Part shown: piece after piece, positions 1 to 9,090 of the stretch
Numbering within the stretch: the first letter of the stretch is position 1
Layout of the letters: the number at the start of each line of letters is the position of its first letter
Source: Deltaproteobacteria bacterium
Lineage (GTDB): Bacteria > Myxococcota_A > UBA9160 > JAFDDA01
Direction: 5' to 3'
Assembly: GCA_019311105.1 (NCBI GenBank)
Contig: JAFDDA010000064.1
Coordinates: 7,593-71,592 of the forward strand
Length of the DNA stretch: 64,000 bases
The notes under the pieces: model-generated
Told to the model about the DNA's origin: nothing
The model's database searches: none
Seen by the model: only the letters and a program-made list of their open reading frames with translations
Position numbers and translations under genes: made by a program

Positions 1-1
1 C

Positions 2-778
2 ATGGAAGCCGTGGTTCTCAGCGCAGGGCAGGGCCGACGCCTGCTGCCCCTGACGAAGTCCCTGCCCAAGTGCCTGCTGCAGGTGGCCCCAGGGGGGGGC
101 ACGGTGCTGGATGTCCAGCTCGACACGCTTTCCCGCTGCGGAATCGAGAAGGTGACCGTGATGGTGGGGTTCGGCGCCGAACAGGTCGAGCAGCATCTCG
201 CGGAGCACAAGCCCGAGGGCCTCGACGTCGAGCTCGTGCTCAACCCGCTCCACCCTCACTCCGACAACCTCGTCTCCGCCTGGCTTGCGACCTTTCGGGT
301 CGAGGGTGATTTCGTCCTGCTGAATGGCGACACGCTCTTCGAGGCCGAGGTCTTGCAGAGGATGATCGCCGCCGAGGGCGCCAAGGTCGGCGCGGCGGTG
401 GATTGCAAGGATGCCTACGACCTCGACGACATGTGCGTCTGGGTCGAAGACGGCAACCTCGTGGGCATCGGCAAGGGCCGCCGCGAAACCCAACCCGACG
501 GCGAAGCGATCGGGATCTACGTATTCCGGGGTCGCGGTGTGTCGGCCGCGCGCGACGTCTTCGCGCGGGTGATCGCCGAGCCCGAAGGCCTCCACTCCTG
601 GTATCCGCCGGCTCTCGAAACGCTCGCACGCGTCGAGCCCATCACGCCGGTGTCGATCGAGGGCCTGTGGTGGACCGAGATCGACTTCCCCGAGGATCTC
701 GAGAAGGCGCGAGTCGAGGTCGGCAGCCACTTCGCGCAGGCCGATCCCTGGACGGCTCCGTCGTCCCAGTCCGACTGA
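2..778 (+). CDS. Nucleotidyl(cytidylyl)transferase, LicC / inositol-phosphate cytidylyltransferase-like
   Basis: ATG at 2, 258-aa ORF. The N-terminal VLSAGQGRRLLPLT...PKCLL is the glycine-rich NTP-transferase loop. LLNGDTLF and EIDFPEDL blocks are typical of small sugar/alcohol-phosphate cytidylyltransferases. Confidence 0.8.
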   Translation: MEAVVLSAGQGRRLLPLTKSLPKCLLQVAPGGGTVLDVQLDTLSRCGIEKVTVMVGFGAEQVEQHLAEHKPEGLDVELVLNPLHPHSDNLVSAWLATFRVEGDFVLLNGDTLFEAEVLQRMIAAEGAKVGAAVDCKDAYDLDDMCVWVEDGNLVGIGKGRRETQPDGEAIGIYVFRGRGVSAARDVFARVIAEPEGLHSWYPPALETLARVEPITPVSIEGLWWTEIDFPEDLEKARVEVGSHFAQADPWTAPSSQSD

Positions 779-793
779 CCCGGACTCTCGGCC

Positions 794-1600
794 TTGTTGG
801 ATTCCCCTTCGAAGACCCTGACCGCGCTCGTGCTCGCCGGCGAGCGAGCCGAGGGCGACCCGCTGGCTCGCGATGCGAAGGTGCCCCACAAATCCCTGCT
901 CGAGGTGCGCGGCGTCCCGATGCTCGTTCGGGTGGTCGGATGTCTCGCTGCCGTGCCGGGTGTCGACCGGGTGCTCGTGAGTTCCGGGTCTGCCGACCTG
1001 CTCGATGCACACCCGGAGCTGTCGCGCCTGCGCGCGGCCGGCACCCTCGAACACCGCGAGAGTGCCGGTTCGCCGGCCTCGAGCGTCGAACTCGTACTCA
1101 CCCGCGAGAACTCGCCCAGGCCCATGCTCGTCACCACGTCGGACCATCCGCTGCTCACGCCCGACATGGTCGAACACTTCTGTTCCGAGGCCGAGCGCAG
1201 TGGCGCCGAGGTCGCCGCCGCGGTCGTCAGCGACGCGGTCTTCCGCGCACGCTTCCCCGACGCGCGCCGCACCTTCATCCCGCTGCGGGGCGAGGGGGTC
1301 ACCGGCGCGAATCTCTTCTGGTTCCGTTCCGGCCAGGGCGCGGCGGCCGCCCGTTTCTGGAAACAGACCGAGACGTTTCGGAAGAAGCCCTGGCGACTCG
1401 CCGGCCTGCTCGGCCCGGGGACCTGGGGACTCTTCCTGCTGCGTCGGATCGACCTCGAGGGGGCTGCGCGCCGCATCTCGAAGGCCGTCGGCATGAGCGT
1501 CGCTGCGATCCGGCTGCCCTACCCCGAGGCCGGGCTCGACGTCGACAAGCCCGCCGATCTCATCCTCGCCGAACGTGTCCTCTGCGAGTTGGACGCCTAG
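794..1600 (+). CDS. MobA-like nucleotidyltransferase family protein
   Basis: 268-aa ORF with a non-ATG (TTG) start, 15 nt after the upstream stop. The ALVLAGERA...HKSLLEVRGVPML N-terminus resembles MobA/NTP_transf_3-type enzymes. Codon bias is coding-like. Confidence 0.55.
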   Translation: MLDSPSKTLTALVLAGERAEGDPLARDAKVPHKSLLEVRGVPMLVRVVGCLAAVPGVDRVLVSSGSADLLDAHPELSRLRAAGTLEHRESAGSPASSVELVLTRENSPRPMLVTTSDHPLLTPDMVEHFCSEAERSGAEVAAAVVSDAVFRARFPDARRTFIPLRGEGVTGANLFWFRSGQGAAAARFWKQTETFRKKPWRLAGLLGPGTWGLFLLRRIDLEGAARRISKAVGMSVAAIRLPYPEAGLDVDKPADLILAERVLCELDA

Positions 1601-2559
1601 AGCCGATGCTCGGGCCCCGACTCGAACACGAGGCGCTCCCGATCGAGGACGCGAACCGCGCAGTGGACGCGGAAGCCCGTGCCGTCGTCTTCGAATCGGT
1701 AGAGGTGGTAGCGGGCGCGTCGCTCCGGGTCGTGCCCGAAGGCGGAAGAGGACGGAACGCCCACCACGGGGATCGGTCGCTCGGGCCCGTCGACCTGCTC
1801 GAAGCTCGTGCGGTGGGTGTGCCCGTGCAGCACCAGCTCGGCGCCGTGGCGCGCAAGGGTTTCGCGCAGGGCGCCGGCATCCTCGAGCCGGCGGCGCCCG
1901 CTCTGGCCTGCCGGCACGGGTGGGTGATGGATGAGCACGACTCGACAGGCCGCCGTGTCGCGGGTTTCGGCGAGCAGGGTTCCGAGCCGATCGAGCTGGC
2001 CGGCGCCGAGTCGCCCGACGGCGAGGCCGGGGGCGGTCGGCACCGCGGAGCACAGGCCGATCAGAGCCAGGGGGCCGACGCGGCGCAGGTATGGGAACAC
2101 GAGCCCGTCCTCGCCCTCCGGGGTCGACGACGCCTGTTTCGGCGAGAAGTAGGGAGCCCACTGCGCGAAGCGATCGGCCCCGACCGGCGCGGCGTAGGCG
2201 TCGTGGTTGCCGGGGACGATCGAGACGTGCTCCGGCCCGCCGAGCCGTTCGAGCCACGGCACGGCCTCGGCGATCTCTTCCGCGAGCCCGACGTTCGTGA
2301 GGTCGCCCGTCACGGCCACATGGTCGGGCGCCGTCCCGTCGAGGTCTTGGAGCAGGGCTTCGAGGATCTCGCCGCGATGTTCGTGTCGTCGCTTCCGACG
2401 CCACGAAAGCCAACCGAGCACGCGCTTGTTGGCGAGGTCGCTGAAGCGTCGGACACGGATCGGTGTGACGTGGAGATCCGAGAGGTGTGCGAGCGTGAAA
2501 CTGATGGGTCCGCGCTCCGCTTCGCCGTGGGGTCGGTCGGGCCGGAACGGCCGGGCCAC
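1597..2559 (-). CDS. Metallophosphoesterase (calcineurin-like)
   Basis: 320 aa with the ordered motifs LSDLHV, GDLTN, GNHD, HHPP and GHTH. Confidence 0.85.
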   Translation of the reverse strand: MARPFRPDRPHGEAERGPISFTLAHLSDLHVTPIRVRRFSDLANKRVLGWLSWRRKRRHEHRGEILEALLQDLDGTAPDHVAVTGDLTNVGLAEEIAEAVPWLERLGGPEHVSIVPGNHDAYAAPVGADRFAQWAPYFSPKQASSTPEGEDGLVFPYLRRVGPLALIGLCSAVPTAPGLAVGRLGAGQLDRLGTLLAETRDTAACRVVLIHHPPVPAGQSGRRRLEDAGALRETLARHGAELVLHGHTHRTSFEQVDGPERPIPVVGVPSSSAFGHDPERRARYHLYRFEDDGTGFRVHCAVRVLDRERLVFESGPEHRL

Positions 2560-2636
2560 GGGCGCTGTATGCTAGCCCTCCCGCCGCGTGGCCCCCAGAC
2601 GCGAGAGACCCGGGCCAACGTGGAGAGACAGTTCGC

Positions 2637-3788
2637 GTGACCTCTTTGCCCGACTCCGCACGAACGACGGCGTGGCTCCTGCCCGCCGAGACGCCGCCTC
2701 CGGAACTCTTCGGGCTCTCGGGTGAAGAACGCCTGCGCCGCGTCCTGGCGAAGGCGGGTGTCGCCTGCATCGCGGTCGGGGACCCGCCGGAGCCGAAGCC
2801 GTCGGGCCCCACGTTGCTGCTGCGCAGCGACTGGCTCTTCGACGAGAGGCTCGTCGGTGCCTTGCTCGAATCCGAAGACACGCTGCTCCAGTCCCGTGAC
2901 GGCCAGGCCGTTGCGGCCAAGGTGTCGGGGGCTCTCGTCGACGAGGCCCGCACCGTGGTTGCCGGGCGTCATCCCGCCGAAGGTTTGCCGGCTTCGCTCC
3001 CTCGAGTCGGGCCCGATGATCTGGTTCCCGCTTACACCCACGCGCTGCGCAAGCGCGAGCCCGCGCTGCTCGTGGCAGCGGGCGCTGTCACTCCGGCCGA
3101 ACTCGAACAGCGACTCTTCGATGCGTCGTACAAGGGCATCACGGACTTCATCACCAAGTACGTCTGGCCGAAACCGGCGCTGCCCGTGGTGCGGGCGTGC
3201 GCGCGGCTCGGGGTCTCGGCCAACGCCATCACGGGAGTGAACTGGCTCTTGGTCGGGCTGGCGCTCGGACTCTTCGCTGTGGGACAGTTCGCTGCGGGTC
3301 TCGCCGCGGCGTGGCTCATGACCTTCCTCGACACCGTCGACGGCAAACTCGCACGGGTGACGCTGTCTTCGAGCCGCATTGGGCATGTGCTCGACCACGG
3401 CCTCGACATCGTCCACCCGCCGTTCTGGTACGCGGCCTGGGGCCTGGCACTGCCGGCCGCACCCTGGCTCGACGCGGCGATGGCGGCGGCGGTCGGGGGC
3501 TACGTCGTCCATCGGGGGGTCGAAGGCCTCTTCATGCTCTGCTTCGGCATCGAGATCCACTCCTGGCGGGCGCTCGACGCGCGCTTCCGGCTCATCACGA
3601 CGCGGCGCAACCCGAACCTGGTGCTGCTCTCGGCGGGCACTGCGGCGGGACGCCCGGATGTGGGCTTCGCGTTGGTGGCGTTGTGGACGGTGGCCTCCAT
3701 TGCGTTCCACCTCGTGCGGGTGGTGCAGGCGGGCTTCGTCCGCGGCGGGTACGAGCCCGGCGAAGCCACCGAGCGAGGCGCCCGATGA
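2637..3788 (+). CDS. CDP-alcohol phosphatidyltransferase with ~190-aa N-terminal extension
   Basis: 383 aa. Signature DTVDGKLARVT...GHVLDHGLDIVHP matches D-x2-D-G-x2-A-R...G-x3-D-x3-D, inside hydrophobic helices. The N-terminal soluble domain is not recognisable. Confidence 0.8.
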   Translation: MTSLPDSARTTAWLLPAETPPPELFGLSGEERLRRVLAKAGVACIAVGDPPEPKPSGPTLLLRSDWLFDERLVGALLESEDTLLQSRDGQAVAAKVSGALVDEARTVVAGRHPAEGLPASLPRVGPDDLVPAYTHALRKREPALLVAAGAVTPAELEQRLFDASYKGITDFITKYVWPKPALPVVRACARLGVSANAITGVNWLLVGLALGLFAVGQFAAGLAAAWLMTFLDTVDGKLARVTLSSSRIGHVLDHGLDIVHPPFWYAAWGLALPAAPWLDAAMAAAVGGYVVHRGVEGLFMLCFGIEIHSWRALDARFRLITTRRNPNLVLLSAGTAAGRPDVGFALVALWTVASIAFHLVRVVQAGFVRGGYEPGEATERGAR

Positions 3789-4870
3789 AGTCGGACGCGC
3801 GGCGAGCCATGCGGTGGTGGATCGGTCTGGTCGTCCTGCTGGGGCTGTGGGTGGCCCCCGCAAACGTTTCCGCGTCCGGTGCGTCTCGGCCGGGCGACCC
3901 CGCTGCACGGCTGCTCGGTGCGGAGCATGCGTCCGACGTATGGGATCTGACCGTAGCCCTCGACGACGGGCACTGGGTCATCGCCCAGGTCACGATCAGC
4001 AACGTCGGCCCGGGCGATCGCACGGGCGCGATCGTCGGCCACGTCCTCGCTCCGGACGGCACGAGCCACGAGTTCCACAAGGTTCGGACCCAGGGGGGCT
4101 GGACGCTGTCGCCCGACCGGCGGCGAATCGACCTCGATTCGATCATCTTCGACCAGCGTGGCGCGCCCAAGGACCCGGCGCGTTTCTACGTCGGGAAGAA
4201 GCGCGTGCATCTCGACCTCTTCGTGGATCTCTCCGGCGACCGCGTCGCCTCCGCCGGGCTCGCGGGGGGCGTTTATGGACTCGACCTCCTGGCGTTGGCG
4301 GCCCCGGTTCGTGGGACACTTCAACTCGGGGAGGACGCGCCCACGCGCTCGGTCACGGGCCGCGCGATCTTGACCCACCGTTGGATGGATTCCCTCGAGT
4401 CGCGCTGGGTGGAGCGCCGCGTGGAGTTCTTCGGTTTGGAGAACGGAACGGGCGTCTACCTGAGTGACGTGACGGCGCCCGACGGCGAAGCGCACCGCTG
4501 GCTCGTGGTCGGGCGCGATGGACGCATCGTGGAGAGCACCGAGCAGGTCGAGCTCGACCCGGTTGGCGCCGGCGGCCTCGCGATCCGCGCGGCCTCGGCG
4601 ACGGGCCGGGTCGGCGCTTCGCGCGAGCTGCTGCGCGACGAACCGCTCGCGCGCGCACCCTGGCTCGCGCGGCTCTTCGTCGGCCGCCTGACGCGCCCGC
4701 GCTTCATCTGGAGTTCGGCGCCCTTCGACTTCACCGTCGGCCGCCCCGAAGCGGGTGGCTCGAGTCTGGCCGGGCGCGGCCTGTTGGGCGTCTCGCGTTT
4801 CGATGCCACCGGGTTCGATGCAACCGATCAGGCGCCGGCCCGGCCGAGCGACCTCTGGAGTGTTCGATGA
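3785..4870 (+). CDS. Exported hypothetical protein
   Basis: ATG at 3785 overlaps the upstream TGA (ATGA), in frame within ORF 3197..4870. The signal-like N-terminus is MKSDARRAMRWWIGLVVLLGLWVAPANVSA. I recognise no motif. Confidence 0.6.
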   Translation: MKSDARRAMRWWIGLVVLLGLWVAPANVSASGASRPGDPAARLLGAEHASDVWDLTVALDDGHWVIAQVTISNVGPGDRTGAIVGHVLAPDGTSHEFHKVRTQGGWTLSPDRRRIDLDSIIFDQRGAPKDPARFYVGKKRVHLDLFVDLSGDRVASAGLAGGVYGLDLLALAAPVRGTLQLGEDAPTRSVTGRAILTHRWMDSLESRWVERRVEFFGLENGTGVYLSDVTAPDGEAHRWLVVGRDGRIVESTEQVELDPVGAGGLAIRAASATGRVGASRELLRDEPLARAPWLARLFVGRLTRPRFIWSSAPFDFTVGRPEAGGSSLAGRGLLGVSRFDATGFDATDQAPARPSDLWSVR

Positions 4871-5829
4871 TTCGAATCGGTGTGCTGAACAACCTGCGCT
4901 CCGGGCGCGGGATGTCCCGGGTCCAACAGGTGCTCGGGGTGCTCGAGTCGGAGCCCGAAGTCCTCCACGTGGAGACCGGCAACGCATCGCTCGTGCCCGA
5001 GGCCCTGGCGGACTTCGAGCGCGAGGGCGTGGAACTCCTGGTCGTGAACGGGGGCGACGGCACGCTGCAGCGGGTGCTCACCGCACTCCTGGCCCACGAG
5101 CATGGCTCGGAGTGGCTTCCTCAGGTCGCACCGATCCGAGGCGGGCGCACCAACATGAGCGCCATCGATCTGGGCTCGCACCGCGACCCCGCGCAGGGGT
5201 TGAAGAACCTGATCGAGAAGGCACGCGCGGGCCGGTTGAAGGAGTGTGAGGTCGAGCGGCCGGTCCTGCGGGTGGATCTGGGGCTCGACGATGGCGTGCA
5301 GTATGGCGTCTTCTTCGGTGCAGGCGTTCTTCACCGCGCCGTGCAACTGACACCGCGCTACATGCCCGAGGGCCGCGCCCAGGGCGTCTTCGGCGCTGGC
5401 GCCGTGACGGCGGCCTTGTTGGCTCGGACCGCACTCGGTGGCTTCGGTGGGATCCTTGCCGCCGACAAGATGCAGTTCGCCATCGATGGCGAGCCCGCGG
5501 AGTCGCGCGAGCTTCGTGTCGCCATGGCGACCAGCGCGGAGCGTCTTTTCCTCGGCCTGCGTCCCTTCTGGGGCACCGGGCCCGGGGCCGTGCGCCTGAC
5601 GCTCGTCGCGTCGGACGCGCGTAGCTTACCGCGGGCAGCGTGGGGCATCCTGCGCGGACGGCCACCGAGTTGGGCCACGCCCGATGCCGGCTACCTCAGT
5701 TGCAAGTGCGAGACCGTCGCGCTGCGCGTCGATTGCGGCGTGACCCTCGACGGAGAACTCTGGGAGGCGTGCCCCGGCCGTTCGGTGGAGATCACCGCCG
5801 ACCGCCGCGTCCAGTTCATCCGTGCCTGA
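4867..5829 (+). CDS. Diacylglycerol/sphingosine-kinase-family lipid kinase (DAGK_cat, YegS/LCB5-like)
   Basis: 320 aa with an ATGA overlap to the upstream gene. VVNGGDGTLQRV is the GGDGT catalytic-loop motif. Confidence 0.8.
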   Translation: MIRIGVLNNLRSGRGMSRVQQVLGVLESEPEVLHVETGNASLVPEALADFEREGVELLVVNGGDGTLQRVLTALLAHEHGSEWLPQVAPIRGGRTNMSAIDLGSHRDPAQGLKNLIEKARAGRLKECEVERPVLRVDLGLDDGVQYGVFFGAGVLHRAVQLTPRYMPEGRAQGVFGAGAVTAALLARTALGGFGGILAADKMQFAIDGEPAESRELRVAMATSAERLFLGLRPFWGTGPGAVRLTLVASDARSLPRAAWGILRGRPPSWATPDAGYLSCKCETVALRVDCGVTLDGELWEACPGRSVEITADRRVQFIRA

Positions 5830-6796
5830 GTCGGGTGCGCGCCTGCAACTCCGAGAGCTCGTTGCAAACGAGCTGGCCGCACCCCTCTCTGAACCCGTCA
5901 CCGCATTCGCCGCAGAGCTCCGCAGACGCCACGGCGACGCGGTCATGGCAGTTCTCTTCTACGGCTCGTGTCTTCGCAAGCAGACCACGGAGGGAGTCCT
6001 CGACTTCTACGTGATCGTGGACGACTACCGGTCGGGCTACGAATCCCGCGCGCTGGCCCTCGCCAATGCCGTGCTCCCGCCCAACGTCTTCTTCTGCGAG
6101 TGGCTCCGCGGCGACGAGCCGCTGCGGGCGAAGTACGCCGTTCTCTCGGCCCGCGACTTCCGCCGTGCCGCGTCCCCAAGGAGCATCGACTGCCGCGTCT
6201 GGGCGCGTTTCAGCCAACCCGCGGCGTTGGCGTTCGTGCGAGACGAAGACGCCCGGCGCGAAGTGGCGGAAGTCGCGACGAGCTCGTGTCTCACTTTCAC
6301 CGGGCGCGCCTGGGCTGCACGCTCAGGGGAAGAGGCCAGCCGGCCCTTCACCGCTGAGGCCCTCGTCCGCGAGGGCTTCCGCGAGACCTACCGCGCCGAG
6401 TTGCGGACCGAACGCGACGACACGATCCAGCAGATCTTCGAAGCCCAGCCCAATCGCTATCGAGAAATGACGACGCTTGCGCTTCGCACGCTGGCCGACC
6501 GGGGTGAGTTCACGCTGAAGGAGACGCCAGAGGGGTTCGAGGCACACGCGCCGAAAGGCCGTCGGCGACGCGCGCGCCTGGCCTGGCAGGCGCGCCGGCC
6601 GCTGGCGAAGGCTCTCGCGATCGCGAGCCTGTTGAAGACCGCCTTCACCTTCGGTGACTGGGTCCCCTACGTCGTCTGGAAGGTGGAGCGCCACACCGCG
6701 GTGAAGATCGAGCTGACCGAACGCCAGCGGCGTCACCCGCTCGTCTTCGCCTGGCCCGTGGTGTTCCGCTTGTTGCGCGAGGGGATCTATCGCTGA
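5822..6796 (+). CDS. Tam41/Mmp37-like protein (putative phosphatidate cytidylyltransferase type)
   Basis: 324 aa. Blocks LFYGSCLRKQ...VLDFYVIVDD, NVFF...AKYAVLS and RVWARFSQP parallel, from memory, the conserved blocks of mitochondrial Tam41 (YGSGVF...DFI..VDD, KYGVIS, GRLQKP). Confidence 0.55.
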   Translation: MPESGARLQLRELVANELAAPLSEPVTAFAAELRRRHGDAVMAVLFYGSCLRKQTTEGVLDFYVIVDDYRSGYESRALALANAVLPPNVFFCEWLRGDEPLRAKYAVLSARDFRRAASPRSIDCRVWARFSQPAALAFVRDEDARREVAEVATSSCLTFTGRAWAARSGEEASRPFTAEALVREGFRETYRAELRTERDDTIQQIFEAQPNRYREMTTLALRTLADRGEFTLKETPEGFEAHAPKGRRRRARLAWQARRPLAKALAIASLLKTAFTFGDWVPYVVWKVERHTAVKIELTERQRRHPLVFAWPVVFRLLREGIYR

Positions 6797-7860
6797 GCGT
6801 TGCGGGCCGAGCGGGCGAAGAGCTGCCCCAGCGTGGCCAGGACGCCCGACGTCACGGTGTCGCGATAGGGCGAGTCTTCGGGCAGCTCCTCGATCAGCGC
6901 GCGATGCACCGCCGCGACGTTGTGGTAGGGGACGCCCGGCAACATGTGGTGCAGGCCGTGGAATCGCAGGCCCACCGGCGCGGCCAGGGCGGTGAGGATT
7001 GGCGCGCCGGGTATGTTCACGGAATCGATCAGCTGCTCGTTCCAATCGAGTTGCCCGCCGAGGTTCTCGTAGCGATGGGACACGAGGGTTCGTGCGTGAT
7101 TGAGGAAGAGGATCCCCGCAGTCACCGCCCAAGCGACGAAGGCCCAGCGCACGTCGAGGAGCCCGAACGCGATGGCAGCGGTGCAGGCCCAGACCCAGAG
7201 GGCGCCGCCGGCCTCCTCCAGCTTCCAGCGGAGAGCGTCGCGCCGAACGGGCAGCTCGCGCACGTAGCGCGGGTTGATCGCGAGGGTGGAGAGGTGCCCG
7301 ACGACGAAGGGGCGCAGGGCGGGGATGAGCCGCGAGAGCGGGCCGAGCACTCCCCAGCGAACCGCCAGTGCCGGCGGGAAAAGGGGCATCAGGGCGAAGG
7401 AGCCGGCGATCCGCAGGGGGCTCCAGGTCGCCACGGGCGCATACTCCGGGTCGAGGTCGGTGCCGTAGCGGGTCACGTCGTGGTGTTGCCGGTGAGCCCC
7501 GACGTACATCAGGCTGGGCGCCATGAGGGGAATTCCCACCAATAAGTTCCAGGTCGTCTCGAAACCCCGGACATCATTCGGCTTCAGGTGGGTGATCTCA
7601 TGGATGAAGAGCACGGCGCGATAGAGCGCGAGGATTGCCACGACCAGGGCGACACCGGAAAGCGCCGAACCCGCGGGGAGGCTCCCGGCCAAGTAGAAGG
7701 CCGACCAGCCGACCATGGCGGAGACGCCGAGATCCGCCCAGAAAATGGCGGGCTGGGGCTTCTGAGCCGCAGCGAAACGGCGCCGAAGCGCAGCCAGACT
7801 TAGCTCCAGGTTGCCCGAGGTCGGCCTCGCGGCATCCAGAGCAAGGGTTTCCTCCACCAC
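6787..7860 (-). CDS. Fatty-acid desaturase/hydroxylase family membrane protein
   Basis: 357 aa with three histidine boxes (HEITHL, HRQHHD, HGLHHM) and hydrophobic helices. Confidence 0.8.
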   Translation of the reverse strand: MVEETLALDAARPTSGNLELSLAALRRRFAAAQKPQPAIFWADLGVSAMVGWSAFYLAGSLPAGSALSGVALVVAILALYRAVLFIHEITHLKPNDVRGFETTWNLLVGIPLMAPSLMYVGAHRQHHDVTRYGTDLDPEYAPVATWSPLRIAGSFALMPLFPPALAVRWGVLGPLSRLIPALRPFVVGHLSTLAINPRYVRELPVRRDALRWKLEEAGGALWVWACTAAIAFGLLDVRWAFVAWAVTAGILFLNHARTLVSHRYENLGGQLDWNEQLIDSVNIPGAPILTALAAPVGLRFHGLHHMLPGVPYHNVAAVHRALIEELPEDSPYRDTVTSGVLATLGQLFARSARNAQR

Positions 7861-8012
7861 ACCTCTCCCGGTCTAAGACCGCGGGAATCTACTCCAACCG
7901 CCTCAGCCGGCCTATGAGATTTTCGTCATCTGCCTTCTTGGGCGGCGGTCTTCCCGATACCCTCTGGCCTGGGTAGACCCGGCCTCGGCGTCGGACCCAG
8001 GGGAGGGTTGGG

Positions 8013-9068
8013 GTGGAAAGCGGCCACACGCTGCGCCGGGACGGTAGCGTCCGTCAAATGCGAGATATCCTGAGTGACTGCTTCGAGCGGCGCCCGGGTA
8101 TCTATTGGGCGGACATGGCCGTGAGTGCGTCCGTGGCCTACCCGGCCGCGCTCTACTTCCTGCTCGCGCCGGGCTTCGGCCCCCTCCACGTCGCCGCCTA
8201 TCTGGTGGGCGGTCTCGCCCTGTTTCGCCTGGGGAGCTTCATCCACGAAATCCAGCACATGCGCTCGGACGAGATGCGGCTTTTCAAGGGCGTCTGGAAC
8301 GTCCTTTGTGGCGTGCCCATGGTGATGACCTCGAACACCTACGACAACCACGCCGACCATCACAGCGTCCGGACCTATGGGACTGAATCGGACGGGGAAT
8401 ACGTGCCTTTGGCCTCCGGGACCGGGCGAATCCTCATGTATTGCCTGCAGGTTCCGCTGTTGCCCCTGCTCGCGATCGTGCGCTTCGCGGTGCTCGGTCC
8501 GCTCTCGCTCCTCTACCCGCCGCTGCGGCGCTGGGTGCTGGCGCATGCCTCCTCCTACGGCATCAACCCGAACTACGTCTTGCTCCCGGTGCGGCAGACC
8601 TCACCTGCTCTCTACGCGTTGCGCGATCTCGCCTGCGGGGCCTACATGCTCGGTATCGTGGCCCTGTTGGTCACGGGCGTGCTGCCGCTCGAGTTCGTCG
8701 CCCGCCTCTATGCCTTCCTGCTCTTCACGATTGGCCTGAACTACACGCGGAACCTGGCGGCGCACCGCTATCGCGAGTACAGCGGGCCGGTTGGGATCAT
8801 CGAGCAGCTCGAGGACTCGATCACCATCACGGGGGGGCTCTCGACCGAGCTGCTCTTCCCGATCGGGCTTCGATACCACGCGCTACACCACGCGCTTGCG
8901 ACGATCCCGTACCACCAGATGGCCCGGGCTCACCGTCGCCTTCTCGAGCAGCTCGAACCGGATTCGCCCTACCGGAGCACGGTGCATCCTTCGTTCGTGG
9001 GCGTCCTGCGCAACCTCGTCGCGGATGCGCGCGGGCAGAGGGGCGCCGCCGGGGCCCGCGCCGCTTGA
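8013..9068 (+). CDS. Fatty-acid desaturase/hydroxylase family membrane protein (paralog of 6787..7860)
   Basis: 351 aa with histidine boxes HEIQHM, HADHH and HALHHA. It lies divergent from its paralog. The start is uncertain: GTG at 8013, or a later ATG. Confidence 0.8.
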   Translation: MESGHTLRRDGSVRQMRDILSDCFERRPGIYWADMAVSASVAYPAALYFLLAPGFGPLHVAAYLVGGLALFRLGSFIHEIQHMRSDEMRLFKGVWNVLCGVPMVMTSNTYDNHADHHSVRTYGTESDGEYVPLASGTGRILMYCLQVPLLPLLAIVRFAVLGPLSLLYPPLRRWVLAHASSYGINPNYVLLPVRQTSPALYALRDLACGAYMLGIVALLVTGVLPLEFVARLYAFLLFTIGLNYTRNLAAHRYREYSGPVGIIEQLEDSITITGGLSTELLFPIGLRYHALHHALATIPYHQMARAHRRLLEQLEPDSPYRSTVHPSFVGVLRNLVADARGQRGAAGARAA

Positions 9069-9090
9069 GGGCCGGGGGACCCATCGCAGC

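Noticed and set aside
403-2640. Very long ORFs such as 403..2640 (+, 745 aa), 2310..3908 (-), 3500..4987 (-), 13786..15957 (-, 723 aa), 16915..18570 (+), 24482..26134 (+), 44645..45934 (-), 44740..46932 (+) and 54516..56456 (-).
   Set aside because: Their translations are Arg/Pro/Gly/Ala-rich with no motifs. They lie antisense to, or out of frame with, ORFs that carry clear family signatures. In DNA this GC-rich, stop codons are rare in every frame, so these are shadow ORFs.
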